From Takakia lepidozioides (Eukaryota; Plantae; Bryophyta), in the NCBI GenBank assembly GCA_030704615.1, contig CM060732.1, forward strand, positions 49,104,001 to 49,168,000: a stretch of DNA of 64,000 nt. The letters are read 5' to 3'. Position 1 is the first letter of the stretch; each line of letters begins with the position of its first letter. Below the pieces are notes generated by a model. The model saw only the letters and a program-made list of their open reading frames with translations. It had not been told where the DNA came from and ran no database searches. The translations under genes were made by a program, and so were the position numbers. Positions 1-12,660 of the stretch are shown here, in pieces.

Positions 1-269
1 CTAACACTATGCTCAATTCTACCAAAGACATGCTTTCACTTGAGGAAACAAAGTCCAAACCTTTCAGCTACAGAGGGGAATGTTGTTTTCATGAAAATGC
101 TTAGATGCCCTTTCAATGAGGGAAAGTTCAGCACTTGAGTCTAGCAGTCTTTTAGTTGATAGCCTCAGAGTATACTGTAAGGGCTGGAGCTGCACCCTAA
201 GTGTGCACAAGGAATGCATAGCAGCAACGTAGTCGTGAGGTCTTAGAACAAGGCTGATGTCTGAAGATG

Positions 270-3200
270 TCAATCCTTGACATCTGCAATACCTCCTGGA
301 GTGATCTGAAAGACGTGAACTGAATGTTAAGGCCACCTCAATTCTTTTTCTCCCCCACCCCCCGGTTTCCCCATCCTTTCTCTCCTTGTTTGTAACGAGG
401 GAAGGGGAAACAGGACTTGCAGATCAAGCCAAGCTATAAAAACGGACCTCTCTCGTGTCTGTATCTCTTGGGCTGCTAGTCTCTTTCTTGTTTCATGCTT
501 TCTCTTGTCCCAGGAGCTCTTCGAGCTTTCCTCGGACGTTATAAAGTTTCGTTTCATTTCATTTCATTTCTCATCTCATTTCTGATTCTTTTTTGGGTAG
601 TCTGCTCAGCGAGAGGCTTTCTTCGATAGCATCAAACAGACCAGTGAGTACGCAGCTGATTCAAGAGCACCCTCAGGCTGCACACAAACAGGTATGAATT
701 AAGAAGGATATAGCTTCAGATTCCGGCAGATTTGGGGCATCATAGATTTTGCAGATACGCTGCTCCCCTTTGCCCTTTCTTAGCATGAGCCTCACGGTGG
801 ATGCATGGGCCAGGACATGACCGCCAGCAGGCTTCTTCGGATCAGCAACAAACGTTCCTCCACCAGGATCAGCAATCACTGCATCACCCTTCACTCTAAT
901 TAAAATTACATTATCATTACTTCTTTTTTAACGTCATGAATATGTTCCATCAAGCAGTGATGGCAGATGGTGGAGCGTGATGTTGAAGAAGGTACGAGTC
1001 TACTTACCTTGGTTGGTCATAAACACAGCTACATTGAACTCGTCAGCAATTTTTGTCAGTCTTGAAAGCATTTGAGCCAGTTTTTGCTGCAGCGGACAGT
1101 CGAACAAGTGACACATGTTGAACAACTGAGATAATTCGAAAATGGCAAGAGGGAAGACCATGCCTGTGCAAAACCTAGTCCGAGCATAGTAAACAAGTAT
1201 CAACGAGAAGCTTCCAAAGTGGCAGATGTAGTACCTGTCGCTCGGCAAGCTCTCCTCGTCCTGTGAAGTCCACTCTGAACAGAGCTGTAATAGAGTCGAC
1301 AATCTACAAGTAATATCACACACCAGAAGCAGCTTGAAGCTTTGAGAAATAATATAATGAAGCCCCCTTAAGTGTACCTTCACGTTCGAACGAATGTAGG
1401 ACATTTTTTGCACATTTGCTTGGTCCAGAAACTACACTACTCTCACTTCGGCACGGAATCTAGTTGTTGGCTCTCAAGCGTATTTGCATTGCAAAATTCA
1501 AAGGGGTTTGCCAGGTGAAGTAGAGTGATAAATACTGAACATACCAGCAGTCGGAAAGGTTCCTCAGCCATCTTAGCAGCCAAGCCAACCAGCAAGTTAA
1601 ACTGGTGTTCATGAGTGTAAGCTCGGGCATACACAATCTGGCCCAGACATCAAAGCATTTTGCCTAATGAGAATATCACATTTATGGAAATTAGCTCAAA
1701 TCATGGTTCCTGCTCAACAGTGTAACATTGACTTGTTCAAAGATTCGATAAAGACATCAAGAACTACACAGATGGAATCGTTTACTGATCATCTTGCAGC
1801 TAATAATGAGAACCAGCTCAGTTAGGGGAATACAAAATTACATTATCGAGAACAGCGTTGACATCCAGCCCAAATCGCTCAGCAATGGGAACGATGCGAT
1901 CAGGTCGACTGAGGTTTCACTGTTAAGAATTAAACCGTACATTCTCTCTGTCAACCAAAATATAGCTAATTCACATCAGTTACAGATATGTGGGATGGAT
2001 ACAATGTCCCCTCTGTGTCAATGTAAGCTACTTTCCCATTCCCTCCATGCATGCCTAGCGGAAGCTGCATTTGACACGCAATGGTCAATCATCAGCAAAA
2101 TCATGTATTGATAAGAGTTCGTTGAAATTGATCGCAGCCATTGAGCAGATACTATATTATCTTTGTGAACAGCATGTAGCACCTCAGAGTTCTGAGGAGG
2201 GCCGAGTTAGTCTATGATCAACTACATGAGCACTATATTGGCAACATGTTATCTTGATGTAACGTGCCACAGGTAAGTAGTGATCACTGGTGGTCTGTTT
2301 CTATTTCGTCAGAACAAGAGATGGTAAGCTACACAATATTAGGAACCTGAGTTGAAACGCAGAGTGTATGAGCGATCTGCGTCTTTCCGGTCCTGCAACA
2401 ACCAGGAGCTCAGTGGTAGGTTATCGCTTGGTGCTTGCAAATCAATTTGATGCCTAACATCAGCATCCGAAACATAACTTTCCAATGCTTGAAAGTTGGA
2501 AAGCGAACTTGAGGCAGTGTACCTGAATTCACCGAAGGCTTCTGTTATCGACATTGTCTCCACGCCACCTTTATTCAAACATGTGCACACACGATATAAG
2601 GGCCACGGTACCTAACCTTACTGGTTATTTATGGACAAAAGTTACATTGGTCAAAGGGACTGGGCATTCAGCCAAACCTAACCACTCATTTTCATGGTCT
2701 TCAAAGGGCTGCAAAAGATGGAGTGCTGAACCAGGAAATTGGCAGCTACCAGCTAGAGAAGGGTACTAGTGGCTTGCCTCCCAGAAGCTCATCAAGAGCA
2801 CGGCTTCCAGTTGTGATACGCACAACAGACTTGCGCTGCCAGCCACCAAAAAAGTGAGACACAGACACAATTGAACCAATTGAGAATTAGAGACAGAGCT
2901 GGGATAGATGAATCTCCACATACTACTGCACAGACAAATTGAATACCACACCTCGACTAGAATTGATCAAACCAGTTGAAGTTTAAGAAAATCTTTTCCA
3001 GTGTACATCGAGATGAGGCTAGCTGCAGGGACTTGAGGGTGTTCGATGTGCCATTCAAATGTGATATATAATTGCATTGAAAGGTGATGAGTTCTAGATC
3101 ATGCATGACGGGTGCATACTGGTTACACGAACAGAAATGAGATGAGAGAAAGAAACGAAACGAAATGAAATGAAATGGTACTTTATAGCGTCCGCGGAAA

Positions 3201-4980
3201 GCTCAAAGAGCTTACGGGACAAAATGGAAAAAGCAAGAGAGAGGAAACAAACCAGAGCCAAAAAACAGCCAGAAAGAAAGAAAGAAAGAAACTTGAAAGA
3301 ATCTTGAGACCTCATATCTTGACTTAGGGGACTAATTGAAGAAAAACAGATACAAGAAAGAAAGCGGGGCCCTTAGCAAGCCCAAGAACAATAATTAAGA
3401 TGGAGCCTCATAGGTTCCTGTGCCTGCAGATATGCTGCCATTCATTTAAACAGATCGTCATCATGAAAGACCTCAGGACTCACGAGCGTCTCTTACTTTG
3501 TGAAGCACCTCATTTCCTGTAACATAGCCAAGATTCTGCGGACAGGTCATGTACAGAAATGAGGTGAAACACTAGAATCGTTTGTTTGCTAACTGAACTG
3601 ATTGCATGTATGAAATCCTGACAATATAAGAACCAGGAACGGGCATTTGAAGATCTGAAGCACACAAGCTCGAAGTCCTTCGCTAGCCTGATACATAGGA
3701 ATCTAGAATTTCCTTCTTAAATTTAAACTTAGCATTGGTTGGAGAGCAACAAGATTTGCAGGTCACTTACCACGATCTTTTCAGCTGCTTCACAGATTTT
3801 ATCAACTTTTGCCTCAGATAGGCCCTTGATATTGCAGAGGGTCTGCACAAATTGGACTCACAAGCATCTCGTGTTATGCTACATGACGTTTACGACCTGT
3901 AGCAGCTACAGGGATAGTGTAGGTCTACAGCATGTAATGTCCACTATATTCTTAATTTCAGGAGTTGAAGGATTCGAAGTCTTAGGTTCCCTAACAAAAT
4001 CTCTGTCCGGATTAAAATGTACAATATGTTTTCAAGGAACTCGAATGGCGTCACAGAAACACTGGTCCGCAATCATTTGAAACGACTCCACGGAATAGAA
4101 GTAGGAGGTGTGTGTGAGCCTTAAAGTAATTGATTTACGCAGTGCATACACGTTCTTTAGGTAAGAAGCTGCAGCGAACAAAAGTTGCGTCGGACTTCAG
4201 ACAGGTATAAGGAAGAACAGGATGGGAACGGCAGCAGAAATGCACAAAGTGTTGGAAGGCAAGTACGACCTTCTTGGTGTACATCATCAATCCGTTGCAA
4301 GTGAAGATACCAGCATCCTGTAGTTTTTTGAGATCTCCCGCATTTATGCCTTGCGCAATTACTGATATGCAACACACGAATCAGCACATGATGTGATAGA
4401 ATGCATATAAGGTGTTCTCACTCATTAGCACTTGATGCTTGCGCATTTACATGGAGCCCTTGTTCAAGAATGTGGACAGGGAACTTGACAGCTCTAGAAG
4501 TATGAAGTTAAAACATAATGTCGCTCCGTAAGAGTGATCCACAATGCAAAAAATAGTTTGTACAGACTGCGGTGAAGCAAGAAACAGGACGAAAAAGATG
4601 TCCAATGCTGGATTACACACGTTTATCGATCGTTTCAAAGAAATCTTCTTCTTCCGCGTCCAATTCTTCAGCGTGATCTTCCTCCCTGCACCAGTTTATC
4701 TATATATATTAATTAATTGCACACAAAAACCTGAAGCCCGAAGCATCAGCTGGAGAGCTAATGAATGCAGGTTGTACATAACTGAGCTCAGGTCTGGACA
4801 TTCTGAGCCTCAATGTGCGTGGCTGCTCTTTAGTGGGAGTTCATGTCCACCAGATACAATTAGTTTTAGTTTAAATGAATCCTTATCTGTTACATGCTTA
4901 AGATCGTAATTAATCTAGGAAGTAAACGAAGTATCAAGAGTGCATGAGTTGAAAAGCAGTTCAGGAACTGGGACGTACAT
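270..4980 (-). CDS. DMC1: Meiotic recombinase DMC1, about 15 exons
   Basis: Spliced exons translate to [21 protein letters not shown] (4622-4685), [113 protein letters not shown] (Walker A), [50 protein letters not shown] (Walker B), [26 protein letters not shown], and a last exon [14 protein letters not shown] (314-270). The exact start is inferred. Confidence 0.96.
315..711 (-). other. U12-type (minor spliceosome) AT-AC intron, last intron of DMC1
   Basis: 5' site ATATCCTT at 711, branch point CCTTAAC about 12 nt before the 3' end, 3' end TTCAC at 315. Splicing joins ...PESEA to VFQITPGG in frame. Confidence 0.92.
485..586 (+). repeat. SINE/LINE 3'-end-like repeat with (ATTTC)n tail, copy 1 (inside the DMC1 U12 intron)
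   Basis: GAGCTCTTCGAGCTTTCCTCGGACGTTATAAAGT+(ATTTC)n+TCATCTCATTTCTG matches the reverse complement of 3132-3240. Confidence 0.55.
3132..3240 (-). repeat. SINE/LINE 3'-end-like repeat, copy 2 (DMC1 intron)
   Basis: Reverse complement reads AAGCTCTTTGAGCTTTCCGCGGACGCTATAAAGTACC(ATTTC)n...TCATCTCATTTCTG, homologous to 485-586. Confidence 0.55.
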
Positions 4981-5727
4981 GATCTCCGACGGTCCCAAAG
5001 CGTTCAGAAGAAACAAAAGACACCGTAACCTGAGACAATTCCACCCCGTACGCGTTCAAGACTTAGTTGGAGATAACCAGACGATGCCCAAGAACTCAGA
5101 TACCCCGCGCTCCTTGCGAAGATTTGGAATCAAAAGGCGAATAGCTGATACTTATACAGGTGAGACACATGGAAGTAAGACATCCACATTCGATGAACAT
5201 AATCTGTGGACAGTCTAAGAAAGGAGAGGTGAGCAGCACGTCGTCACTTTGATCACAGACCATATCGCAGACGTTTTGTGTTGCAGGGTAGAAGGATCCC
5301 TAGACCTACTTAATAGTCGTATGGCTGTTTTTTCCCCTGAATCAGGTCTGATATTATCATCGATAATTGTCTCCATATGCAAGTGCTGGTGAATCGTCAG
5401 ATGAAAACCCATTTTGGATGAAAAGTTGAATGACAAATAGCCATAGCGATATATTAAGTAAGATAATGTCCATCCGTCGAAGCCATCTCAAATAATCCTC
5501 GCAGCAGACTCACTGCTCCCGCAGCTCGCCTGTAGCTCAGATTATTCTCGATAATGCTCCTCCACATTATCTAATACGTAAAGGATAGATTATGCGTTTT
5601 ATGAGGCAAATTAAATTGCAGAAGATCGTCGCTCCACGCCATCTGCTGGCGCATTCTGCATTCATAACCGGCAGTTTGACTGCCGTAATTCGGCTGTTTG
5701 ACTTTGTGGCAGCTCATTATGGCCTGC

Positions 5728-6350
5728 AGCCAATCAGGGGCCTCGCATAATCTGCCCCAAAAATCCTTTACGCCAGTTAAGGGGCAGGGGTTGGCATATT
5801 ATGCCTCCCCTGGAGCCTCGCCCCACGGCTCACATGGAGGCATAATATGCCAACCCCTGCCCGTTATCTAGTAATGTGTAGGGGAAGCCTCCGAGTGGAG
5901 GGGATTGCCGGAATGAGCCCCACCACGAGGCGGTAGCCAATCAGGGGCCTCGCATAATCTGCCCCTAAAATCCTTTACGCCAGTTAACAGCCAGGGGTTG
6001 GCATATTATTCTTCCCGGGAGCCTCGCCCCACGGCTCACAGGGAGGCATAATATGCCAACCCCTGCCCGTTATCTAGTAATGTGTAGGGGAAGCCTCCGA
6101 GTGGAGGGGATTGCCGGAATGAGCCCCACCACGAGGCGGTAGCCAATCAGGGGCCTCGCATAATCTGCCCCTAAAATCCTTTACGCCAGTTAACAGCCAG
6201 GGGTTGGCATATTATTCTTCCCGGGAGCCTCGCCCCACGGCTCACAGGGAGGCATAATATGCCAACCCCTGCCCGTTATCTAGTAATGTGTAGGGGAAGC
6301 CTCCGAGTGGAGGGGATTGCCGGAATGAGCCCCACCACGAGGCGGTAGCC
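5728..6350. repeat. Tandem array of 3 x 206-207 bp units, each with a long hairpin
   Basis: AGCCAATCAGGGG starts at 5728, 5935 and 6141. Unit 1 has a ~27-bp stem GGGCAGGGGTTGGCATATTATGCCTCC...GGAGGCATAATATGCCAACCCCTGCCC (imperfect in units 2-3), followed by GTTATCTAG. Confidence 0.9.
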
Positions 6351-6384
6351 GAGTGGTGGGGCAAGTGTAGGTAATCCCCGACAC

Positions 6385-6620
6385 AAGGTTCCCTAGGAAA
6401 ATATCCACCTCAACTCCACTCTTGACGATGTGCTTATGGACGTGCTCCCCATCTCCCAGGGCTCTCGTCTTCGCACACTCCAACAAGAGACAAGCATAGG
6501 TATCCAAGTCTGCCCGAATTCCCTGTGTGTCCATAAGGTCCAAAATTTACATTGCCTCCTTCAATCGCCCCTCTTTACGCAAAGTGCTCACATCATTACT
6601 TCCCAAGGTGGCTCTTACCT
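6385..6620 (-). pseudogene. N-terminal fragment of a PLS-class PPR gene
   Basis: GRLKEAM*ILDLMDTQGIRADLDTYACLLLECAKTRALGDGEHVHKHIVKSGVEVDIFLGNL, with an in-frame stop and truncation by the repeat at about 6385. Confidence 0.8.
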
Positions 6621-6727
6621 CCCCCCCTTTCGCTTGCCTTTAGTCGTTGAGCTTTCATTTTTTCAGCGTCATAATATTCCTACTGAGGATTGTTTGTCTC
6701 ATTTGTTGTGGTGGAAAGGAAATGCAC

Positions 6728-6986
6728 AAAGATGGGCTTGGAGTGGTACTCACACAGGTGGATGATGAGGGAAGAGAGTTCGTAGTGGCTTATGCTAGCC
6801 GCTCGAACAACGTTGCAGAGTCTAAGTATAGCTCATATGAAGGAGAATGCTTAGCTACAGTGTGGGTCGTGGCACACTTCAGGTGCTATCTATACGGCAA
6901 TCTCTTCACCCTTGTCACGGATCACCAACCACTCAAGTGGTTGATGGAGTCAGACAAGCTTACGGGGAAGCTTGCACGGTGGGCAC
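6728..6986 (+). mobile_element. Ty3/Gypsy RNase H fragment
   Basis: GLGVVLTQ...VVAYASRSNNVAESKYSSYEGECLATVWVVAHFRCYLYG..FTLVTDHQPLKWL..KLTGKLARWA is a canonical Gypsy RNase H. Confidence 0.9.
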
Positions 6987-7990
6987 AGGTTTGGGCCTCA
7001 TGGAGGCGGATATGGAGCCTTGTCCTTTCCAGATACAGACATCTCTGGGAGGATCAGAGCAGGCTCGGGGCATGACACGGTGTGAGTTGGCCATTGGACT
7101 ACAACCAGATCATCTTATAGATGGCTCAGTGATGCGAGCCAAGGCTATTGTGACAGACGCGGTCTCTTACGATGTCCTTGTTGGTGGGGCAGTGTTATAT
7201 CCCATGGGCTTCACCCTGGACTTTTGGGAGGAGTCAGCATCCTACAGGCCTGGATGGCAGTCAGGGGATGGTCGTCGTGCACAGCTCCCTGTGACATTCA
7301 TTGGGGGTATTGCGGCTGCCCAGCGGGGCAAGATGCCAACACTAGCAGCCTTTACAGCTGCAGTTAGTTGGCCTGGAGAGTTGATGGAAGGCAATGCCCA
7401 TGCAGAGGATGTGCCACCTCCAGCAGAGCAGGATGACATGCATGGTACGGCAGAGTTGCCTGCCATGGTTGCTCACACTCCATTATGGGGTACGAGCAAG
7501 GATTTACAGCAGGCTGCTGATGGACGGGTACAACAAGCCTGGGTAGAGGCCTTCGTACCGTCAGGAGAAGAGGAGATTGCGGTAATTGCACCAGGACCAC
7601 CTCAGTTGTTGCCATTGGACACCACACCTCTTGTGTGGCAGTGCCCGGATGAAGGCATATGCCTTCTGGACTTGTTTGGCGAGATCAGCACTGGATTGGC
7701 TGCAGTACTGCAGGCAGGTGTACGAGTTCGACGTTACCTGTATGTGGAGAGGGATGAGACTGCACGACGCGTCTCACTGCGCCATGTTGCTCAGTTGGTA
7801 CAGCAGTACCCTGATTAGTTGCCAGTGTCTGCAGTTCGTGGATACCAACAAGCCTTGCCAGCAGACATTTCGTTGCTGGGGGCGCAGGATTTGGAGTGGG
7901 TTGGCTCCATTGATCTGGTAGTGGCAGGTTGGCCCTGCCAAGGGCATTCATCAGCCGGGCATGGCAATGGATTGCAAGACGGGAACGTGT
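6987..7990 (+). mobile_element. Retrotransposon protease C-terminus fused to a C5 cytosine DNA methyltransferase (truncated, one stop)
   Basis: Protease-like YDVLVGGAVL..GFTLDF, then MTase motif I LLDLFGEISTG (~7663), motif II YVERD, and motif IV DLVVAGWPCQGHS (PCQ at 7933-7941), which stays in frame after a TAG at 7816. Confidence 0.8.
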
Positions 7991-8358
7991 AGGGAATGCC
8001 GCAATGCACGCGCCAGGCTGGCCAATGAGTTACGTGATCCTATAAATACCCACCAAGCTGTCGAGTGAGTTACACGATCCTGTAATCTACCCGCCGGGCT
8101 GAGGCGTAGATTCACAGGTTTAAGTCACTGGTTTCCTTTGAGGGAAAAAGTTGAAAGTTCTTTACGGTCGGGACGTCAGGACTCAGGAGGTGGTATTTTT
8201 GCCATTTTTGCCCCTCGGTTAAATGGCAGAATATTCGAGTAGGTAGCAAAATGCTCGAGTGGGTCGCAAAATGGCCCAACAGGTCGCAGAATGCACAAGT
8301 TGGCATAATGCTGGGGTCCTCCATGTTTCGGGCAGTTTCTCCCCCTGACCATAACGCG

Positions 8359-8514
8359 ATGGAACGGTCAGGGCCGGGCCATTCTGCCCCTGAGCTGCCC
8401 GGCCGTGAATTTTGGCAAGGCCGGATTCTGCCCCATTTTTTGCCCGACATGAAATTTTGTCTCGACCTCCAAAATTCACGGCCAGGCAGAATGGCCCGGC
8501 CCCGACCGTTCCAT
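8359..8514. mobile_element. MITE / foldback element
   Basis: ATGGAACGGTCAGGGCCGGGCCATTCTGCC is an inverted match (29/30) of GGCAGAATGGCCCGGCCCCGACCGTTCCAT. Inner pair GGCCGTGAATTTTGG/CCAAAATTCACGGCC. Confidence 0.7.
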
Positions 8515-10193
8515 AGTACCTAACTATGTACTAGGATTTTCTTTTATTGGTTTGTAGCGCTTCTCATTGCCGGCACGTGTGGTTGCGGCGGAGACCGCGT
8601 GTGGCAGAGAGGTCACCGAGGGTGGGAGCACCCCTACCCAAACCGGCGCTACCCGGACCCCACCAGTCTGCTGTTGGGTCTACCCGGCAAGCTGGTCTGT
8701 TGGGCCCACAAAACACATGACCCATAGGTTTTTGGCCCGAAGGCAGAGCAAGTGGAAGGAGGGTGGAGCGCCGCCCTTTTTTAGTACACCTCTGCCACAT
8801 ACCCAACTACATACTACTTTTTAGGTCACCACCTTTTATTGCCCCCCTTTCAGTGTATTTTCAGTTCTTATTTAGCATCTCGGCTATTCTAACCACAATT
8901 CCACTACTACAACAAGCTATGGTGCTTCGAGTTGGACTCCTCTTCCCGAGCGTATGTTTGACTAAGCTGCATACTCGTTTCTACTGTTGCATCACATACA
9001 AGCAGAGCAGACATGGGAGGAACCCCTGCTCTCACGGTTTTCTTTAAATCTAGAAAGTATACCAGAACAGTTCACGACAAGGTTTTGACCGCGGACTTTT
9101 GCTACGATATGACCGCTTCAGTCTCTGTGCAGACAAAGGAGCGATCATTCCGAACAATCATCTGTGCATCTGCAGAGCTCGACAATGTTGTTTTTCTCAC
9201 TGAGAAAGAGAACGCTTTGTTGACTTCCTGTGTAGCACCTTCTCTGACTTCGGACTCTAGGTGGGGCTCTATCTCCCCCAGCAAACAACCGACAATCATC
9301 CTCAACTTCTTCTCGGCCTTCTAGACTACCGAATAGCTTCCTCCTTCCTACTCGGACAACGTCTGCTGCTACCTGACAAGCTGCACATCAATTCGAAGGA
9401 TCCCCCCTACAAGAAAAATTATATGAAGGCCCACTATGGTCGACAGGGGCAAAGGACTTTGATGCAGCATACACTCCTTGTCCTCTTCTACTATGCAATT
9501 ATGTTATGCTCTCTCCCCATAACAGCTAGGCTAAATGTACAAAATTTTGCAGCTCGCCCTATCAGCTTGCAGAGCGATCTACCCACAACGTTGTGGAAAC
9601 ATTTTTCAGATGGTACATGGAAGCGGGCCCAGCCTGAGGAGGCTCGTGAATGTCACCGCCGGTGTGGTGGATGCCCGACTGAAGTGGAGCAGCCCCCCCT
9701 TACGTACATGGGATAGTGATCCCCACACCCCTGAGGCTGAACACACCGAACACATTGGACCAGTCAGGTACTCATCCAAGCTACGCACTTGCGCGAATGG
9801 TACTCTCCTAACTATCCAGCTGAACACCAACATATTTGGTCCCTATCGGCTGAGCTACCCAACCTGCTACTACGCCTCGCGGACCAGTCTTCCCTGTGTG
9901 GGAATCTTCCAAGCCGACAAGGTGGACCAGGGTGTCTGGATGGTCTGCCAACCTCTCCAAAGAGCTGGGACACCTCCTAGCGTCACAATTCTGCAACATT
10001 CTGCCCAGCCCCCCTTGGTATGCTCCCCACCCAACATCCAATGCTGCATCTCTTCAACTTACTCCCTTTTGCTAAGCTACAACCAAGATCTCCTCAACTT
10101 ACTGCTGCCCTCTCACTGTTGCATTTTTAATCTTTCTATGAGCCCGCTTCAAAATTTGGTTTCTGTTTTTTTGCCTGCAATTCTTGTATGGAG

Positions 10194-10495
10194 TACTAAC
10201 CCCAATCGATATCAGCACTCATTACAATATCATATATTACTCCCCCTTGCAGCATCCAAAAAAATCCCCTCAATCTCATGAAAGCATCCACCAAGGCTAC
10301 CACTCCAGATCTATAGTGCAATGCCTCTTGTTTACCTTTGTCTTGAATTTGTACTATGTTTCCGTTGGAAACATACTAACCCCAATCGATATCAGCACTC
10401 ATTACAATAGCACATATTATTCCCCCTTGCAAAATCAAAAAAATCTCCTCAATCTCATGAAAGCATCCACCAAGGCTATTACTCCAGATCTATAG
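10194..10495 (+). repeat. Direct repeat, ~120 bp x2, period 180 bp, inside the LINE 5' region
   Basis: TACTAACCCCAATCGATATCAGCACTCATTACAATA...CCTCAATCTCATGAAAGCATCCACCAAGGCTA..ACTCCAGATCTATAG at 10194 and 10374. Confidence 0.85.
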
Positions 10496-12660
10496 CTACC
10501 AATCGCCAGCTATCTACGCCTGGACTACCATCCAGAACACAGAGGCAACCCATAAAATGCAAGTTTAGAATATGCAGCATTACCCATATTAATGATCTTA
10601 CTCCTAGTAGACACCAACTCTTCGACCAACTCTTCGACCAACTCTACCAGTTACAAGCACTATGTAACCCCCTATATTACAGAGACATTGATGCCAGTAG
10701 CAATCTTACATCCTTGCAATCTACAATCTTCCAAGCAAGTAGTACCTCTTCAGAATCATCACGACCCCCACACCTTTGCGCACAGCTCAGTATTTATCAG
10801 GAAAAAACCACTGACATTGGCCCACAGCCCAACTGCCTTGGCATAATAAGGCCTCATTCACAAAACCCCCCTCTGAAAAGCAAAAATACTTCTAAACAAC
10901 ACAAACCTCTTTATATTAAAGAATGCAGGAGCCTCCATACAAAAAGTCATTACAGAATGACTTCTAAATTCGTATCTCAGTGCCTGCAGCCCTATACCCA
11001 CATCCATGTTGTCCTCATCCCAACAACTCATCACGCTAATGGATCAAGTTATACTAGCTGCTGCTCCAGAAGCCAATCTATGCACTCGGGCTCACTATCT
11101 TTGACTACACTCCCTTATTGCTTATTACCCACTTACAAAAATCAAAAAGTGGCCACCAACGCCATGCCTAGGCTGCAACTCAAACATGCCCCTACGCACA
11201 GTCTTAACATGCAGCAGAAATGTATCTCCATCACACCTTATTATATCATCACAACGCTACTGACCCATCTGATTGGGCAATCACGGAACATTACCCCAAA
11301 ACATCTGGTGCACTCGTTAACCTACATGCTAAATACAAACTTTTCGACCCTCCACCTCCAGTGCACTTGCTAGTATTACCACACAACTATAATGCCCCCA
11401 TTCACTGGGCGGTCTCAAACAGCCAGCTCTGGTCCTCATTATCTTGTCTCGTGTCACACCATCAGCCCACACCCTAGTCAAGGTAGCTTCTGCTTCACAA
11501 ATCAAACAACACCCCAAAACCACCCAGCCTACAACCAAACTACATTGTCAATGCACATGACTGCCTTAAATCCCCACACACTACACACACCTAGTGTAGT
11601 GTATATATGTTGCCAAACACAAATATTATATACCACACTTTCCTACATTACATCTAGCATTATCCCACAGGAAAATAACAAACCCGAACATAGACATTTT
11701 TGCTCACCAAAACTCGGTCCAAAAATTACCTTAGCTGCTACTCCTCCAAATTCATGTAAGCAAATGGTAAGTGCCAATCAACCCTTGCTTAATACATATG
11801 GCCTGTTGTGCCTGAACATTGTAACATCCCTACTACCTTGGCCCACCATAGAAGATACAATACTTGCTGGAAGAAAAAACTGCATTTACACAAAACCCCC
11901 CACATTAATCAGATCATATGACTATGCTACACATCCCCTAGGGTTCAGACATATATACCTGCTGGTGATCTCTCATACCATAACAACACCCCCGACCTGT
12001 CTGGTTGGCCACATGGACAACATTACTCGGCTGCTGGAGCCTCTCTGTCTGATAATGCATCACGCTGTACTAACCCCGCTTGCCCCCCCATTCCCCTATC
12101 CATACAAAAAATGGACACTCCAATTCCAAAATACAAATTGGATACAATCACATGCCCCTTCAAAAATCATATGTGCAGCTTGCTACATCCACTGACCATA
12201 ATATAAAACCCCAATGTTGGATACCTTGTTACTGGCCCACCTCTTCTACTCTAGACTTGTCATCCTATCCCCACAATGCTCTGCAAAATCGCAATAACTG
12301 CAAATCCATGAACAACTATATGCCACCCATTACCATTACCTGGCACAATCAATCTACTTCCTGGAACCCCATTTACTAGCCCCCGTACACAACCCTCAGA
12401 ACAGCACATACCTCAACAAAGACTACTCCATCCTCTATGCCAATAACTACTACAAAAACAGCCGCATACCTATATACTACACAATTAAGACTGACTGAAT
12501 GCCAAATACAAAATACCACTGCTCATACCCCTGGGGTCCCCAAGCAGACTACAAATACTGTCAAGCGGTTATTACCACACGAAGGTAGCTCTCTGTCTAT
12601 AACTGAGACAACACCCCCTCCCAAGCAACTGCCTTGCTATGACACAAGATACACCACTTG

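Noticed and set aside
6325-6365. HDV-like ribozyme on the minus strand (ACC-GCCTCGT-GGT)
   Set aside because: No P1.1 GG, P4 or P2 partner was found; a simple hairpin explains it better.
7640-7990. Bacterial restriction-modification gene or contamination
   Set aside because: The MTase is fused in frame to retroelement protease sequence and is contiguous with intron-containing plant genes.
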